Source: an uncultured Gammaproteobacteria bacterium
GTDB lineage: Bacteria; Patescibacteriota; Microgenomatia; UBA10105; UBA927
Direction: 5' to 3'
NCBI GenBank assembly: GCA_964515005.1
Contig: CAZEVT010000001.1
Coordinates: forward strand, 310,720-374,719
DNA length: 64,000 bases
Under the pieces are notes generated by a model. That model was given only the letters and a program-made list of their open reading frames with translations. It made no database searches and had not been told where the DNA came from. This document shows positions 8,503 to 16,402 of this stretch, piece after piece. Both the position numbers and the translations under genes were made by a program. Position 1 is the first letter of the stretch, and each line of letters begins with the position of its first letter.

Positions 8503-10623
8503 ATGTACAATCTTCTCCATATGCCGATGTCGGATCTGCAACTCGTATTTCAATGGTGGGGGACGCTTTTTTTAGTGGGGGCGGTGGCATATCCCTTCAC
8601 CAAACGCCTTTTTGGCGATTGGTTCGATCGGGGGTTTTTCTTCACTAAGGCAGTCGGAATGGCGATGGTGACGTATGGCGTCTACATCCTGGGAATCCTC
8701 CACGTGGCTCCGTTTACGACACAAACGATCTGGGCCGTTATGGGAGTATTGTTTCTCGCCGGGTTGCCCCTATACGTTCGGAAAAAGGAAACTCATACAT
8801 GGCAAAGAGCCCTCATGCTTGGCGCCGAAGAATTGTTTTTTTTTGCCGCCCTCCTTTTTTGGAGTTGGATCAAGGGACATGAGCCCAGCATCCACGGGCT
8901 TGAGAAATTCATGGATTTTGGGTTCACTAAATCGATTCTCAACAGCGCATACTTTCCCGCGCCTGACATGTGGTATACCGGGCTATCCATCAATTATTAC
9001 TACTTCGGCCACACCGTGATGGCGGTCCTCACGAGGCTGTCGGGCATAGACCTGACCTACACATTTAATCTCATGTTGGCAAGTATTTTTGCCTTTACCC
9101 TGACCATGAGTTTTTCCATCGGTGTGCAGTTACTTCAAGGGGTAGCCCGAATCGGGGTGATGGGGAAAATAGCGGGCGGTATGCTGACGGCTTTTTTGGC
9201 GACCATGGCCGGCAACATGCAGACGATTTATGCGTTTACCCGCGGATATACCGGTGACAATGTCGTACCATTTTGGCAGCTCGTTTGGAAAATGTCGGAT
9301 ATTGGGGGCGTGAAGGGGATGTGGGATGGGACCCTGTGGGCGCGCTTTGCCGAAGGCATGAACACCTACTGGTATGCCAATGCCACTCGTTTTATCCCGT
9401 ACACCATCCATGAGTTCCCGAGCTACTCATTCGTCGTTTCCGATGTCCACGGACATGTACTTTCTATCCCCTTTGTTTTGCTTGCCCTTGCGCTTCTCAT
9501 TCATAAAAAAACATCACCAATATTTTACGGGTTTTTGTGCGGCGTGCTTTTGATGACGAATGCTTTGGATGGTCCCATTTATTTGGGATTATTTATGATA
9601 ATTTTTTGGAAAAATTGGAAACATATCGGGATGGCCATTGGCGCTGCTGCAGTGACCAGCCTGCCGTTTCTTGTCCATTTCAAATCGTTCGTCAACGGTG
9701 TCGCCCTCAATTGTCCTCCGGCATTTCTTGCCGATATCCAGATCGGCCCGCTTATTTTTGAGGGAGTAGACAAATGCCAGCGCTCGCCCCTGTGGATGTG
9801 GTGGCTCTTGTGGGGATTTTTTGTCTACTGTGGAACGTGGCTTGTCGTTGGCATGGTGAAGAACAAAAACAGAATGGCCCACGAACTTTTGCTTGCTATA
9901 CTCTTTTTCCTTTCCCTTGCTCTTCTTATCTTTCCCGAGTTTTTCTACTTTAAGGACATATATCCCATGCATTTCCGAAGTAACACGATGTTTAAGCTCG
10001 GCTATCAGGCCTTTATTATGCTATCAATCGTCTCCGGGTACACGATCGTGAGGTTTGCAAGCGGGAAAGGCAAAAAGGTACTGTTTTTTGTCTTTCTTAT
10101 CCCGCAACTCTTCTTGGTTTCCATATATCCCGTATTTTCCGTGCGGTCCTACTTTAATAGTTTGCGCCATTATGAGGGGATATTCGGCATGGGCTGGTTT
10201 CAACGTCAATATCCGGATGATTGGGCGGGGATTACATGGCTCAATCAAAATGTGAAGTGCAACACACAAGACGCCACCTGTACAAATCCGGTCATCGTTG
10301 AGGCTGATGGAGACAGTTATACCGATTACGATCGTTTTAGTACGTTTACGGGACTTCCTACCGTTGTCGGATGGTCGGTACATGAATGGCTCTGGAGAGG
10401 GTCATACGATGTGGTATCCCCGAGAAAAGAAGAAGTGCGACGCATATATGAGTCAGAGGATATTGAGGAAACAAAGGATATCCTTACAAAGTACATGGTC
10501 AAGTATGTCATTGTGGGTAGCCTTGAGCGAGAGAAGTTTACAGGTCTTCAGGAAGGGAAGTTTAGTCAGCTCGGGGAGCAGGTGTTTGCCCATGGGACGA
10601 CGGTCATTTATCAGGTCCATTGA
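8503..10623 (+). CDS. DUF2298 'YYY' integral membrane protein (Chlor_Arch_YYY family; putative GT-C-like glycosyltransferase)
   Basis: 706 aa and highly polytopic. It has the hallmark GLSINYYYFGH motif. Confidence 0.7.
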   Translation: MYNLLHMPMSDLQLVFQWWGTLFLVGAVAYPFTKRLFGDWFDRGFFFTKAVGMAMVTYGVYILGILHVAPFTTQTIWAVMGVLFLAGLPLYVRKKETHTWQRALMLGAEELFFFAALLFWSWIKGHEPSIHGLEKFMDFGFTKSILNSAYFPAPDMWYTGLSINYYYFGHTVMAVLTRLSGIDLTYTFNLMLASIFAFTLTMSFSIGVQLLQGVARIGVMGKIAGGMLTAFLATMAGNMQTIYAFTRGYTGDNVVPFWQLVWKMSDIGGVKGMWDGTLWARFAEGMNTYWYANATRFIPYTIHEFPSYSFVVSDVHGHVLSIPFVLLALALLIHKKTSPIFYGFLCGVLLMTNALDGPIYLGLFMIIFWKNWKHIGMAIGAAAVTSLPFLVHFKSFVNGVALNCPPAFLADIQIGPLIFEGVDKCQRSPLWMWWLLWGFFVYCGTWLVVGMVKNKNRMAHELLLAILFFLSLALLIFPEFFYFKDIYPMHFRSNTMFKLGYQAFIMLSIVSGYTIVRFASGKGKKVLFFVFLIPQLFLVSIYPVFSVRSYFNSLRHYEGIFGMGWFQRQYPDDWAGITWLNQNVKCNTQDATCTNPVIVEADGDSYTDYDRFSTFTGLPTVVGWSVHEWLWRGSYDVVSPRKEEVRRIYESEDIEETKDILTKYMVKYVIVGSLEREKFTGLQEGKFSQLGEQVFAHGTTVIYQVH

Positions 10624-10764
10624 CAAGGGCTCATAAACGTGGTTTAATACACCATTAGAAACACAGATTCCTCGTATTGACGACATTCTTGATCTATCCC
10701 TAAGAAATATTTGATGACCCAACGCATTGCACACATGAGTTAAATTTTCAGGCATCTCACTGGT

Positions 10765-12312
10765 ATGGCATTCCGCGCTTCCACAAAATCACCTAAATCG
10801 AAATCAACTAAATCTTCCGAGCCGGAACAGGCTGCGGAACCCGTGGCGTCGGCATCGCTTTCCATTGATGATCTGGTAGGCGGACCAAAAAAGACTGAGG
10901 AAGCTACAGAAGCTCCCAAAGCAGAAGAAAAAGCATCGGAGGCGGCACCAGTTCCCTATACCCCGCGTCCCAGGCAAGACCGTCCAAGGGGGGGATTTGA
11001 CCGGGGACGCGGCGGGTACAGCGGAGGATACCAGCATCAAGGCGGTTCGCCTCGCTATAGTTCTGGCGAAGCAGCCAATGGATATCAGGGGCGTACTGGT
11101 GGCAGACCCGGAGGATTCGGAGGCGGGTATAAAAGAGAGTGGACCCCGAGACCTCAAAACAGCGAAGTCTTCACCCAGGACGTCGACGTGCCAACCGAGA
11201 CCGTGCGCGGTATTTTGGATACCATGCCGGAAGGTCACGGATTTTTGCGGCCCAAGTTTACGCCATCGGAGCGCGATGTCTATATCTCCCAGTCGCAGAT
11301 CCGCAGGTTTTTGCTTCGCAATGGCGACATGGTCGAAGGCCAGGCCCGCCCGCCCAAAGACAATGAAAGGTACTACGGACTTCTTAAGGTAGAAAAAGTT
11401 AATGAAAAAATCGTTGAGGAAATGGAATCCCGTCCGAAGTTTGAGGATCTGACCCCTCTGTATCCCAACAAGCTTCTCCGGTTGGAAACCGGACAGCAGC
11501 CGTTATCAACCCGGATTATAGACCTCGTTGCCCCCATCGGATTTGGCCAGCGCGGCCTTATCGTTTCGCCTCCCAAAGCCGGAAAAACGACAATCCTTAA
11601 GGAGCTAGCGGCGGGCATTACGGAAAACTATCCTGATGTTCATCTGATGGCCGCCTTAATCGGTGAGCGACCGGAAGAGGTCACCGACCTGACCCGCAGC
11701 ATAAAAGGCGAAGTACTTGCCAGTAACTTTGACGAGTCGCCCGCGGACCAGACACGCATTGCGGAAGTGACGCTTGATCGGGCCAAGAGACTCGTTGAAA
11801 TGGGAAAAGATGTCGTTGTTCTTCTGGATTCCATTACCCGGCTAGCTAGGGCGTACAATCTGGTCGTGAACCCTTCAGGCAGGACTTTGTCCGGAGGATT
11901 TGATCCGGCGGCACTTTACCCTGCAAAACGATTCTTGGGGGCGGCCCGCTGTGTAGAAGGCGCGGAAGGAAAAATTACCGGATCGCTGACGGTTATAGGA
12001 ACGGCACTTGTGGAAACCGGCAGCCGCATGGATGATCTTATTTACGAAGAGTTTAAGGGCACGGGTAACATGGAGCTTCACCTTTCGAGGTCCCTGCAGG
12101 AGCGAAGAGTATTCCCGGCGATTGACATCGGCAAAAGCGGGACCAGACATGATGAGCTTCTACTTGGCGAAGACGCGATGAAAAAAGTGGTGACCCTGCG
12201 GCACATGCTGTCGCTTCTTGGTGATGAGGAACGCACGCTCATGCTTATTGAGAAGCTTGGCAAAACCAAGAACAACGACGAATTCCTCGAGAGTCTTTCC
12301 CAGGGCTCCTAA
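10765..12312 (+). CDS. rho: transcription termination factor Rho with RGG/Gly-rich N-terminal insertion
   Basis: The C-terminal RecA-type ATPase has a Walker A (PPKAGKTT) and Rho Q/R loops. It is preceded by an OB-fold region (VRGILDTMPEGHGFLR) and a ~110-aa Arg/Gly-rich low-complexity insertion (RPRGGFDRGRGGYSGGYQHQGG...). Confidence 0.9.
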   Translation: MAFRASTKSPKSKSTKSSEPEQAAEPVASASLSIDDLVGGPKKTEEATEAPKAEEKASEAAPVPYTPRPRQDRPRGGFDRGRGGYSGGYQHQGGSPRYSSGEAANGYQGRTGGRPGGFGGGYKREWTPRPQNSEVFTQDVDVPTETVRGILDTMPEGHGFLRPKFTPSERDVYISQSQIRRFLLRNGDMVEGQARPPKDNERYYGLLKVEKVNEKIVEEMESRPKFEDLTPLYPNKLLRLETGQQPLSTRIIDLVAPIGFGQRGLIVSPPKAGKTTILKELAAGITENYPDVHLMAALIGERPEEVTDLTRSIKGEVLASNFDESPADQTRIAEVTLDRAKRLVEMGKDVVVLLDSITRLARAYNLVVNPSGRTLSGGFDPAALYPAKRFLGAARCVEGAEGKITGSLTVIGTALVETGSRMDDLIYEEFKGTGNMELHLSRSLQERRVFPAIDIGKSGTRHDELLLGEDAMKKVVTLRHMLSLLGDEERTLMLIEKLGKTKNNDEFLESLSQGS

Positions 12313-12356
12313 GATCGTATCCTTGACAAACCAGTATAAGCGTATAGCATAAAGTT

Positions 12357-12845
12357 ATGCCCATACGGAGTAGATCATCTAAAACTTCTCTGAAGAAATT
12401 TTTAACCCGTCAGCACTTGTTGGCCCTCATCTTTGCCCTCGCCGGAATCGTTATCCTTTTTATAGCCGCCACAAACCCCACGCGCCTGTTTAGCTTTGCA
12501 AAAGAGACTGGTTCCGATATTCTTCAATGTGAAAAATCCTGTGCAACTATTTGGATACCAGATCTTTCCCATCAAACAACAAGCGACAAGGAGGAATATA
12601 TTCAATGCAGGGGTGGTTGTATAGCAAATAGGGACCGCATCACAGCAAAAAATAAACAGTGTCCTATCGGTTATCTCTGGTGGCCATATACGAATAGCTG
12701 TGAGCGAGAAACTAGCCATCCTGTCGTCAAAACTATCAAAAAAGCCATTGGGACGGCCCCTACCCCCATTCAGCAAAAGAAACTGGATAAGGCAAAATCT
12801 GCCACAAAGACTATTCTTAAGTCCGGAGGAGGGCAGAGGCGGTAG
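12357..12845 (+). CDS. hypothetical membrane-anchored Cys-rich protein
   Basis: Basic N-terminus, one TM helix (LLALIFALAGIVILFIAA), and an extracytoplasmic region with 8 Cys in CxxxC/CxxGC spacing. Confidence 0.4.
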   Translation: MPIRSRSSKTSLKKFLTRQHLLALIFALAGIVILFIAATNPTRLFSFAKETGSDILQCEKSCATIWIPDLSHQTTSDKEEYIQCRGGCIANRDRITAKNKQCPIGYLWWPYTNSCERETSHPVVKTIKKAIGTAPTPIQQKKLDKAKSATKTILKSGGGQRR

Positions 12846-12898
12846 CTTGGATGTTTCGAACGTGGGAGCTACGAAACTGTTTGTTCTATAACACAAAA

Positions 12899-12940
12899 CG
12901 CCATCTAATCAGTAACCCGAAGGTTAACTGCCAGATGGCG
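12899..12940. terminator. candidate bidirectional hairpin between convergent genes
   Basis: The outer stem has CGCCATCT at 12899..12906 pairing with AGATGGCG at 12933..12940 (perfect 8 bp). An inner stem-loop is TAACC-CGAA-GGTTA. There is no clear U-tract. Confidence 0.2.
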
Positions 12941-12977
12941 CTTGAATATATATTCAATTATAGGATAGGTAATTGTG

Positions 12978-13793
12978 TTATGGAACGTTGTAGTAAACGC
13001 GAGATGCTCCATCATCATGAAGATACCAACGTTCCTGAACGACCCAAGGAAACCAATCGCCCCCATTGCTCACTGCCACGAGTGAGTTATTTTGGCTCCA
13101 GACCGTTCGTCCAGAATGAGGGTCATCACAGAAGATGATCAATCCGAGTGGCCCGGTTGCCATGTTTGCCAGGTCAGACGAAAGGAAATCTTCAGCCTTG
13201 GAACTTGCAATGAAGTGCCCTTCATCGTCTTCCGAAACGTAGTAGGTGTTGTCTTCACATTCTGTTTTTCCTTCTACATACGTTTGAGGGTCCACCGCAT
13301 ACCAACGGCCATCAGCGGCAAAAGACCAGCGAGAAATTTCCTTGATTGATCCTTCCCAAGGGATAACCGTCACCTGGAAAGTGTCGCCCTCTGTGGCATC
13401 GAGCGTGAGCGAAACATCACCGCAGTCGAGTCCAACGTGCCCGTCTGCCATATTGAGTGTTGCAATGTATGGTGCGGTATTGGGATCATCGCTCCGCATA
13501 TCGGGATCATCTCTCCACATTATGTCTGTTGCGGTTTCTGACGCCTCAACTTTTTCCACTTTGACCCATTCGGTTGATGTTGTTGAAAAACCATCATATT
13601 CATAAGCGTGGAAAGCCGTGATGGTCATGGACGTTTCGCTCATATCACCCCATGGATTGGGGACACAAAACGTCTTCTCAACGAATTCGTCAATTGTGGA
13701 GCCTGTAGTGCTTGCACTAGGTGTGCAAGCAGTGATCAAAAACATGCTGATCACCAGCAGGGACAAAAGGGTCGTGCGGTATTGCTTGTTCAT
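12978..13793 (-). CDS. putative lipoprotein of unknown function
   Basis: Signal peptide with lipobox L-I-T-A-C (MNKQYRTTLLSLLVISMFLITAC). The rest is acidic and Asp/Thr-rich with no known domain. Confidence 0.55.
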   Translation of the reverse strand: MNKQYRTTLLSLLVISMFLITACTPSASTTGSTIDEFVEKTFCVPNPWGDMSETSMTITAFHAYEYDGFSTTSTEWVKVEKVEASETATDIMWRDDPDMRSDDPNTAPYIATLNMADGHVGLDCGDVSLTLDATEGDTFQVTVIPWEGSIKEISRWSFAADGRWYAVDPQTYVEGKTECEDNTYYVSEDDEGHFIASSKAEDFLSSDLANMATGPLGLIIFCDDPHSGRTVWSQNNSLVAVSNGGDWFPWVVQERWYLHDDGASRVYYNVP

Positions 13794-14183
13794 TTTTCTC
13801 CTTAAGAAAAAATTGGGGTGAGATACGAGTACGTTGGGCGCACTCTGAACAATCTAGCCTGTGGCTAAATGGTTTTGTTGTGCGTCCAATTAAAAATGAA
13901 CATTATACCTATCCTTGTAAAAGAGCCTGTAAGTTTCAAAAATGAGGCTATCAGAGCTTATTCTGACGCTCCAAATTTGAGATTACAAACGCACTAAATA
14001 GTAGCATAAATATGCGGGAAAGTCAATATTATAGGGTAGTTTCAAAGACAAAAATTTGATTATTTCGGATGCCGGTGGTACCCTGTTTCATACCCCCAGC
14101 ACCAGTCTTACTGGCTCGCGAGGGCTACGACCTCGCCTCGCAAGGGCGACGGTGCGGGGTTTCGCCTTGTGAAGGCTCACCCT

Positions 14184-15266
14184 ATGCGTATGTATTTTAG
14201 AAATCTGTTTGACGATATGCGCCTGTGGCGCCAGGGATGGATCAACTATATCGAACACAAAGTCGGGCGGTGGGCCCGCGTCTTCGAGGCGCAAAAAGAC
14301 GTGGTCGTCGATATTCTCATGGCCAGGCGCGGCACCTACCAGCGGCCGTTTTTGCATTTATCCTTAGGTATGCTTCTTTTGGCCGGCGTCACGAGCGCGC
14401 CTATTCTTGCCAGTAGTTACCCCGGGGGACTCCCCAATGAACTTGCGGAGTTTACGCCCGCTTCGGCCGTTGCAACGTCCCTGGACTTTACTGAATACGG
14501 CATACAAACCCAAATATCCCAAAAGCCCCGTGATCAGGTGATTACCTATGCGGCCGAGTCTGGCGATACGCTTGCTAAAATTGCGGATAAGTTCGGCGTT
14601 TCAGTTGATACCATAAAGTGGTCAAATGATCTAAAACGAGATAGTTTGAGTGTAGGTCAGGAGTTAAAAATTCCGCCGGTCACTGGGATCGTCCATAAAG
14701 TTCGTGAGGGGGAAACCGTGCAAAGCATCGCCAAAAAGTATAAAACAGAATCACAAAAGATCGTTAACTTTCCGTTTAATGACTTTACTGATCTCGATAC
14801 GTTTGCCCTCGCCACCGGTCAAACACTTATCGTTCCGGACGGTGTCCAACCCGAGGCCGCGGCGATTGCGATTCGTCCGCCCGCATTCTCTGTCACCCCG
14901 CTTGGTACAGGAAGACTCCTCTGGCCGGTTACTGGACTCATCACGCAAAATCCTGTTTGGTATCACAATGCATTTGATATTGCCAATCCCTCGCTTCCGG
15001 GTATTATGGTTGCCGATTCCGGGGTTGTCGTAGGAGTCGAGTATCTGCGGTACGGGTATGGGCAGCATATCCTTGTTGATCATGGAGGGGGACTCTCGAC
15101 GCTCTATGCGCATTTATCGGAGATATATGTGAAGCCGGGGGACCGAGTTTCGCGAGGACAAATCATAGGACGCATGGGTTCAACAGGCCGGTCAACCGGA
15201 TCGCACCTTCACTTTGAGACACGCGTCAACGGCTCGCCGGTCAACCCCTCACAGTTTTTTAAATAA
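14184..15266 (+). CDS. LysM-domain M23-family metallopeptidase (peptidoglycan hydrolase)
   Basis: N-terminal TM anchor, two LysM repeats (YAAESGDTLAKIADKFGVSVDTIKWSNDL and HKVREGETVQSIAKKYK) and a C-terminal M23 domain (HxxxD ... GSTGRSTGSHLHFE). The track ORF starts at GTG 14169; ATG 14184 is chosen. Confidence 0.8.
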   Translation: MRMYFRNLFDDMRLWRQGWINYIEHKVGRWARVFEAQKDVVVDILMARRGTYQRPFLHLSLGMLLLAGVTSAPILASSYPGGLPNELAEFTPASAVATSLDFTEYGIQTQISQKPRDQVITYAAESGDTLAKIADKFGVSVDTIKWSNDLKRDSLSVGQELKIPPVTGIVHKVREGETVQSIAKKYKTESQKIVNFPFNDFTDLDTFALATGQTLIVPDGVQPEAAAIAIRPPAFSVTPLGTGRLLWPVTGLITQNPVWYHNAFDIANPSLPGIMVADSGVVVGVEYLRYGYGQHILVDHGGGLSTLYAHLSEIYVKPGDRVSRGQIIGRMGSTGRSTGSHLHFETRVNGSPVNPSQFFK

Positions 15267-15267
15267 G

Positions 15268-15339
15268 TGGACCGGAAGAGATTTGAACTCTCAACCTCCT
15301 CGATGCCATCGAGGCGCGCTACCGTTGCGCCACCGGCCC
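15268..15339 (-). tRNA. tRNA-Ala (anticodon GGC)
   Basis: The reverse complement GGGCCGGTGGCGCAACGGTAGCGCGCCTCGATGGCATCGAGGAGGTTGAGAGTTCAAATCTCTTCCGGTCCA folds as a cloverleaf. Acceptor GGGCCGG/CCGGTCC has G3:U70. The D-arm is GCGC-AACGGTA-GCGC. The anticodon stem CCTCG/CGAGG carries loop AUGGCAU, identical to the E. coli tRNA-Ala(GGC) loop. The T-arm is GAGAG-TTCAAAT-CTCTT and the discriminator is A. No CCA is encoded. Confidence 0.85.
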
Positions 15340-16035
15340 ATGAAAACGAACCTCATTATAAACCAAATCAGCAAGAGACTCTAGTTCTAATTGAACCTTT
15401 GTATCAAAATAGTCAATACGTAAAACACCATGATAGTCTGGTCTTTTTGTTGGTTTGCCTTTCGTCCTTGGATCTATGAGAGGTTTATAAAAAAGACGTG
15501 TAGGTATACCTGTCGTCTTTTGCCAATAACTTTTTAATACCTCAGTATTCTGATCTGCCCGACATTGTACTGTCGCCCTAACCTTTTCAAGATTAAACGG
15601 AAAGCATTGTCGTAATAGTCCAAGAAAAAGCAAAATAATTCTTGGGTCAGTATTCCCTAAAGAAAATGATTTCCTGGACTTTGGGTTATATTTTGATGCT
15701 TCACCTAGACAAAGCATCGCAAGGGCGATTTTACCTGCTGCCTTCGTATGCACATTTTTTGCGATGGGAGCATTTCGTCCTAAGAGTAGGTTCGCAAATT
15801 CCTCACGTTTGATTTTATTCATTTCGACGGCAATACCCCTACCCTTGGCGAGCCCCTTTAAGTTCAATCGATCTATTCTTTCTCTATATTCTCTTGGAAG
15901 CGCTACATCCTTGCATTGCCAGGATAGGGAGCTCTTTGGGATTCGAAGATTGAGGGCTTTTTGAATTTCGCCATACGTTTTCCCTTTTGATCGAAGTTTT
16001 CGGACACGATCGATAACTGCTTGAGGATATCGCAT
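15319..16035 (-). CDS. HTH-containing basic protein with degenerate LAGLIDADG-like motif (possible homing-endonuclease/maturase-like protein), bracketed by two tRNA-Ala genes
   Basis: 238 aa. The N-terminus is HTH-like (GKTYGEIQKALNLRIPKSSLSW). An internal ALAMLCLGEAS segment resembles LAGLIDADG variants such as LLGLIIGDGS, with Glu at the catalytic acidic position. The protein is Lys/Arg-rich. Its last 21 nt overlap the 5' half of tRNA-Ala(GGC). Confidence 0.45.
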   Translation of the reverse strand: MRYPQAVIDRVRKLRSKGKTYGEIQKALNLRIPKSSLSWQCKDVALPREYRERIDRLNLKGLAKGRGIAVEMNKIKREEFANLLLGRNAPIAKNVHTKAAGKIALAMLCLGEASKYNPKSRKSFSLGNTDPRIILLFLGLLRQCFPFNLEKVRATVQCRADQNTEVLKSYWQKTTGIPTRLFYKPLIDPRTKGKPTKRPDYHGVLRIDYFDTKVQLELESLADLVYNEVRFHGPVAQR

Positions 16036-16074
16036 GAGGATATTGTACTAAAGAGATTCCCCATGTGCAACATG

Positions 16075-16147
16075 TGGACCTGACCGGAGTCGAACCGGTG
16101 ATCTCCGCAATGCGAATGCGGCGCATTACCAACTGTGCTACAGGCCC
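16075..16147 (-). tRNA. tRNA-Ala (anticodon CGC)
   Basis: The reverse complement GGGCCTGTAGCACAGTTGGTAATGCGCCGCATTCGCATTGCGGAGATCACCGGTTCGACTCCGGTCAGGTCCA folds as a cloverleaf. Acceptor GGGCCTG/CAGGTCC has G3:U70, the Ala identity pair. The anticodon stem CCGCA/TGCGG carries loop UUCGCAU, giving anticodon CGC. The T-arm is ACCGG-TTCGACT-CCGGT and the discriminator is A. No CCA is encoded. Confidence 0.85.
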
Positions 16148-16189
16148 CAGAGCTTTCCAATTATATCAGAAAAATAGTCTTTTGGGGGT

Positions 16190-16402
16190 TTAGCGGGCCT
16201 CTATTTGGTCTCCGGCAACCGAGGGGGAAGAAGCGTCCATTTGGGTATTGATAAACTGCCCGACCATAGCCCCGACGCCAAGCATGATGGCAAATGCAAC
16301 GACCAGCATCCAGCTACGGACCATCACGAGATACTGCTGGCTTGGTCTTGCGGTTCGCGTTCTATGCGATACGTGTCGGGCTTTTCGCTTTTTCATACTC
16401 AT
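16190..16402 (-). CDS. small membrane protein (70 aa), last gene of the GT-C/YfhO operon
   Basis: Basic N-terminus (MSMKKRKARHVSHRTRTARPS) and one TM helix (WMLVVAFAIMLGVGAMVG). Its ATG directly abuts the TGA of the upstream YfhO-like gene (TGAATG). Confidence 0.45.
   Translation of the reverse strand: MSMKKRKARHVSHRTRTARPSQQYLVMVRSWMLVVAFAIMLGVGAMVGQFINTQMDASSPSVAGDQIEAR

Noticed and set aside
14085-14168. c-di-AMP (ydaO) riboswitch upstream of the LysM-M23 hydrolase
   Set aside because: The genomic context would fit, but I could not find the conserved ydaO core motifs (paired ACGGGG/GGGUGAAUC-type elements). I keep it as an unclassified structured leader rather than calling a riboswitch class.
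13794-15339. Genomic island integrated at the 3' end of tRNA-Ala(GGC)
   Set aside because: There is no integrase and no recognisable direct repeat of the tRNA 3' end downstream. The adjacent genes (M23 peptidase, lipoprotein) look like native envelope genes.
15267-15479. 70-aa plus-strand ORF
   Set aside because: It overlaps the tRNA-Ala(GGC) gene and the 3' end of the minus-strand ORF. Its product is low complexity, so it is spurious.
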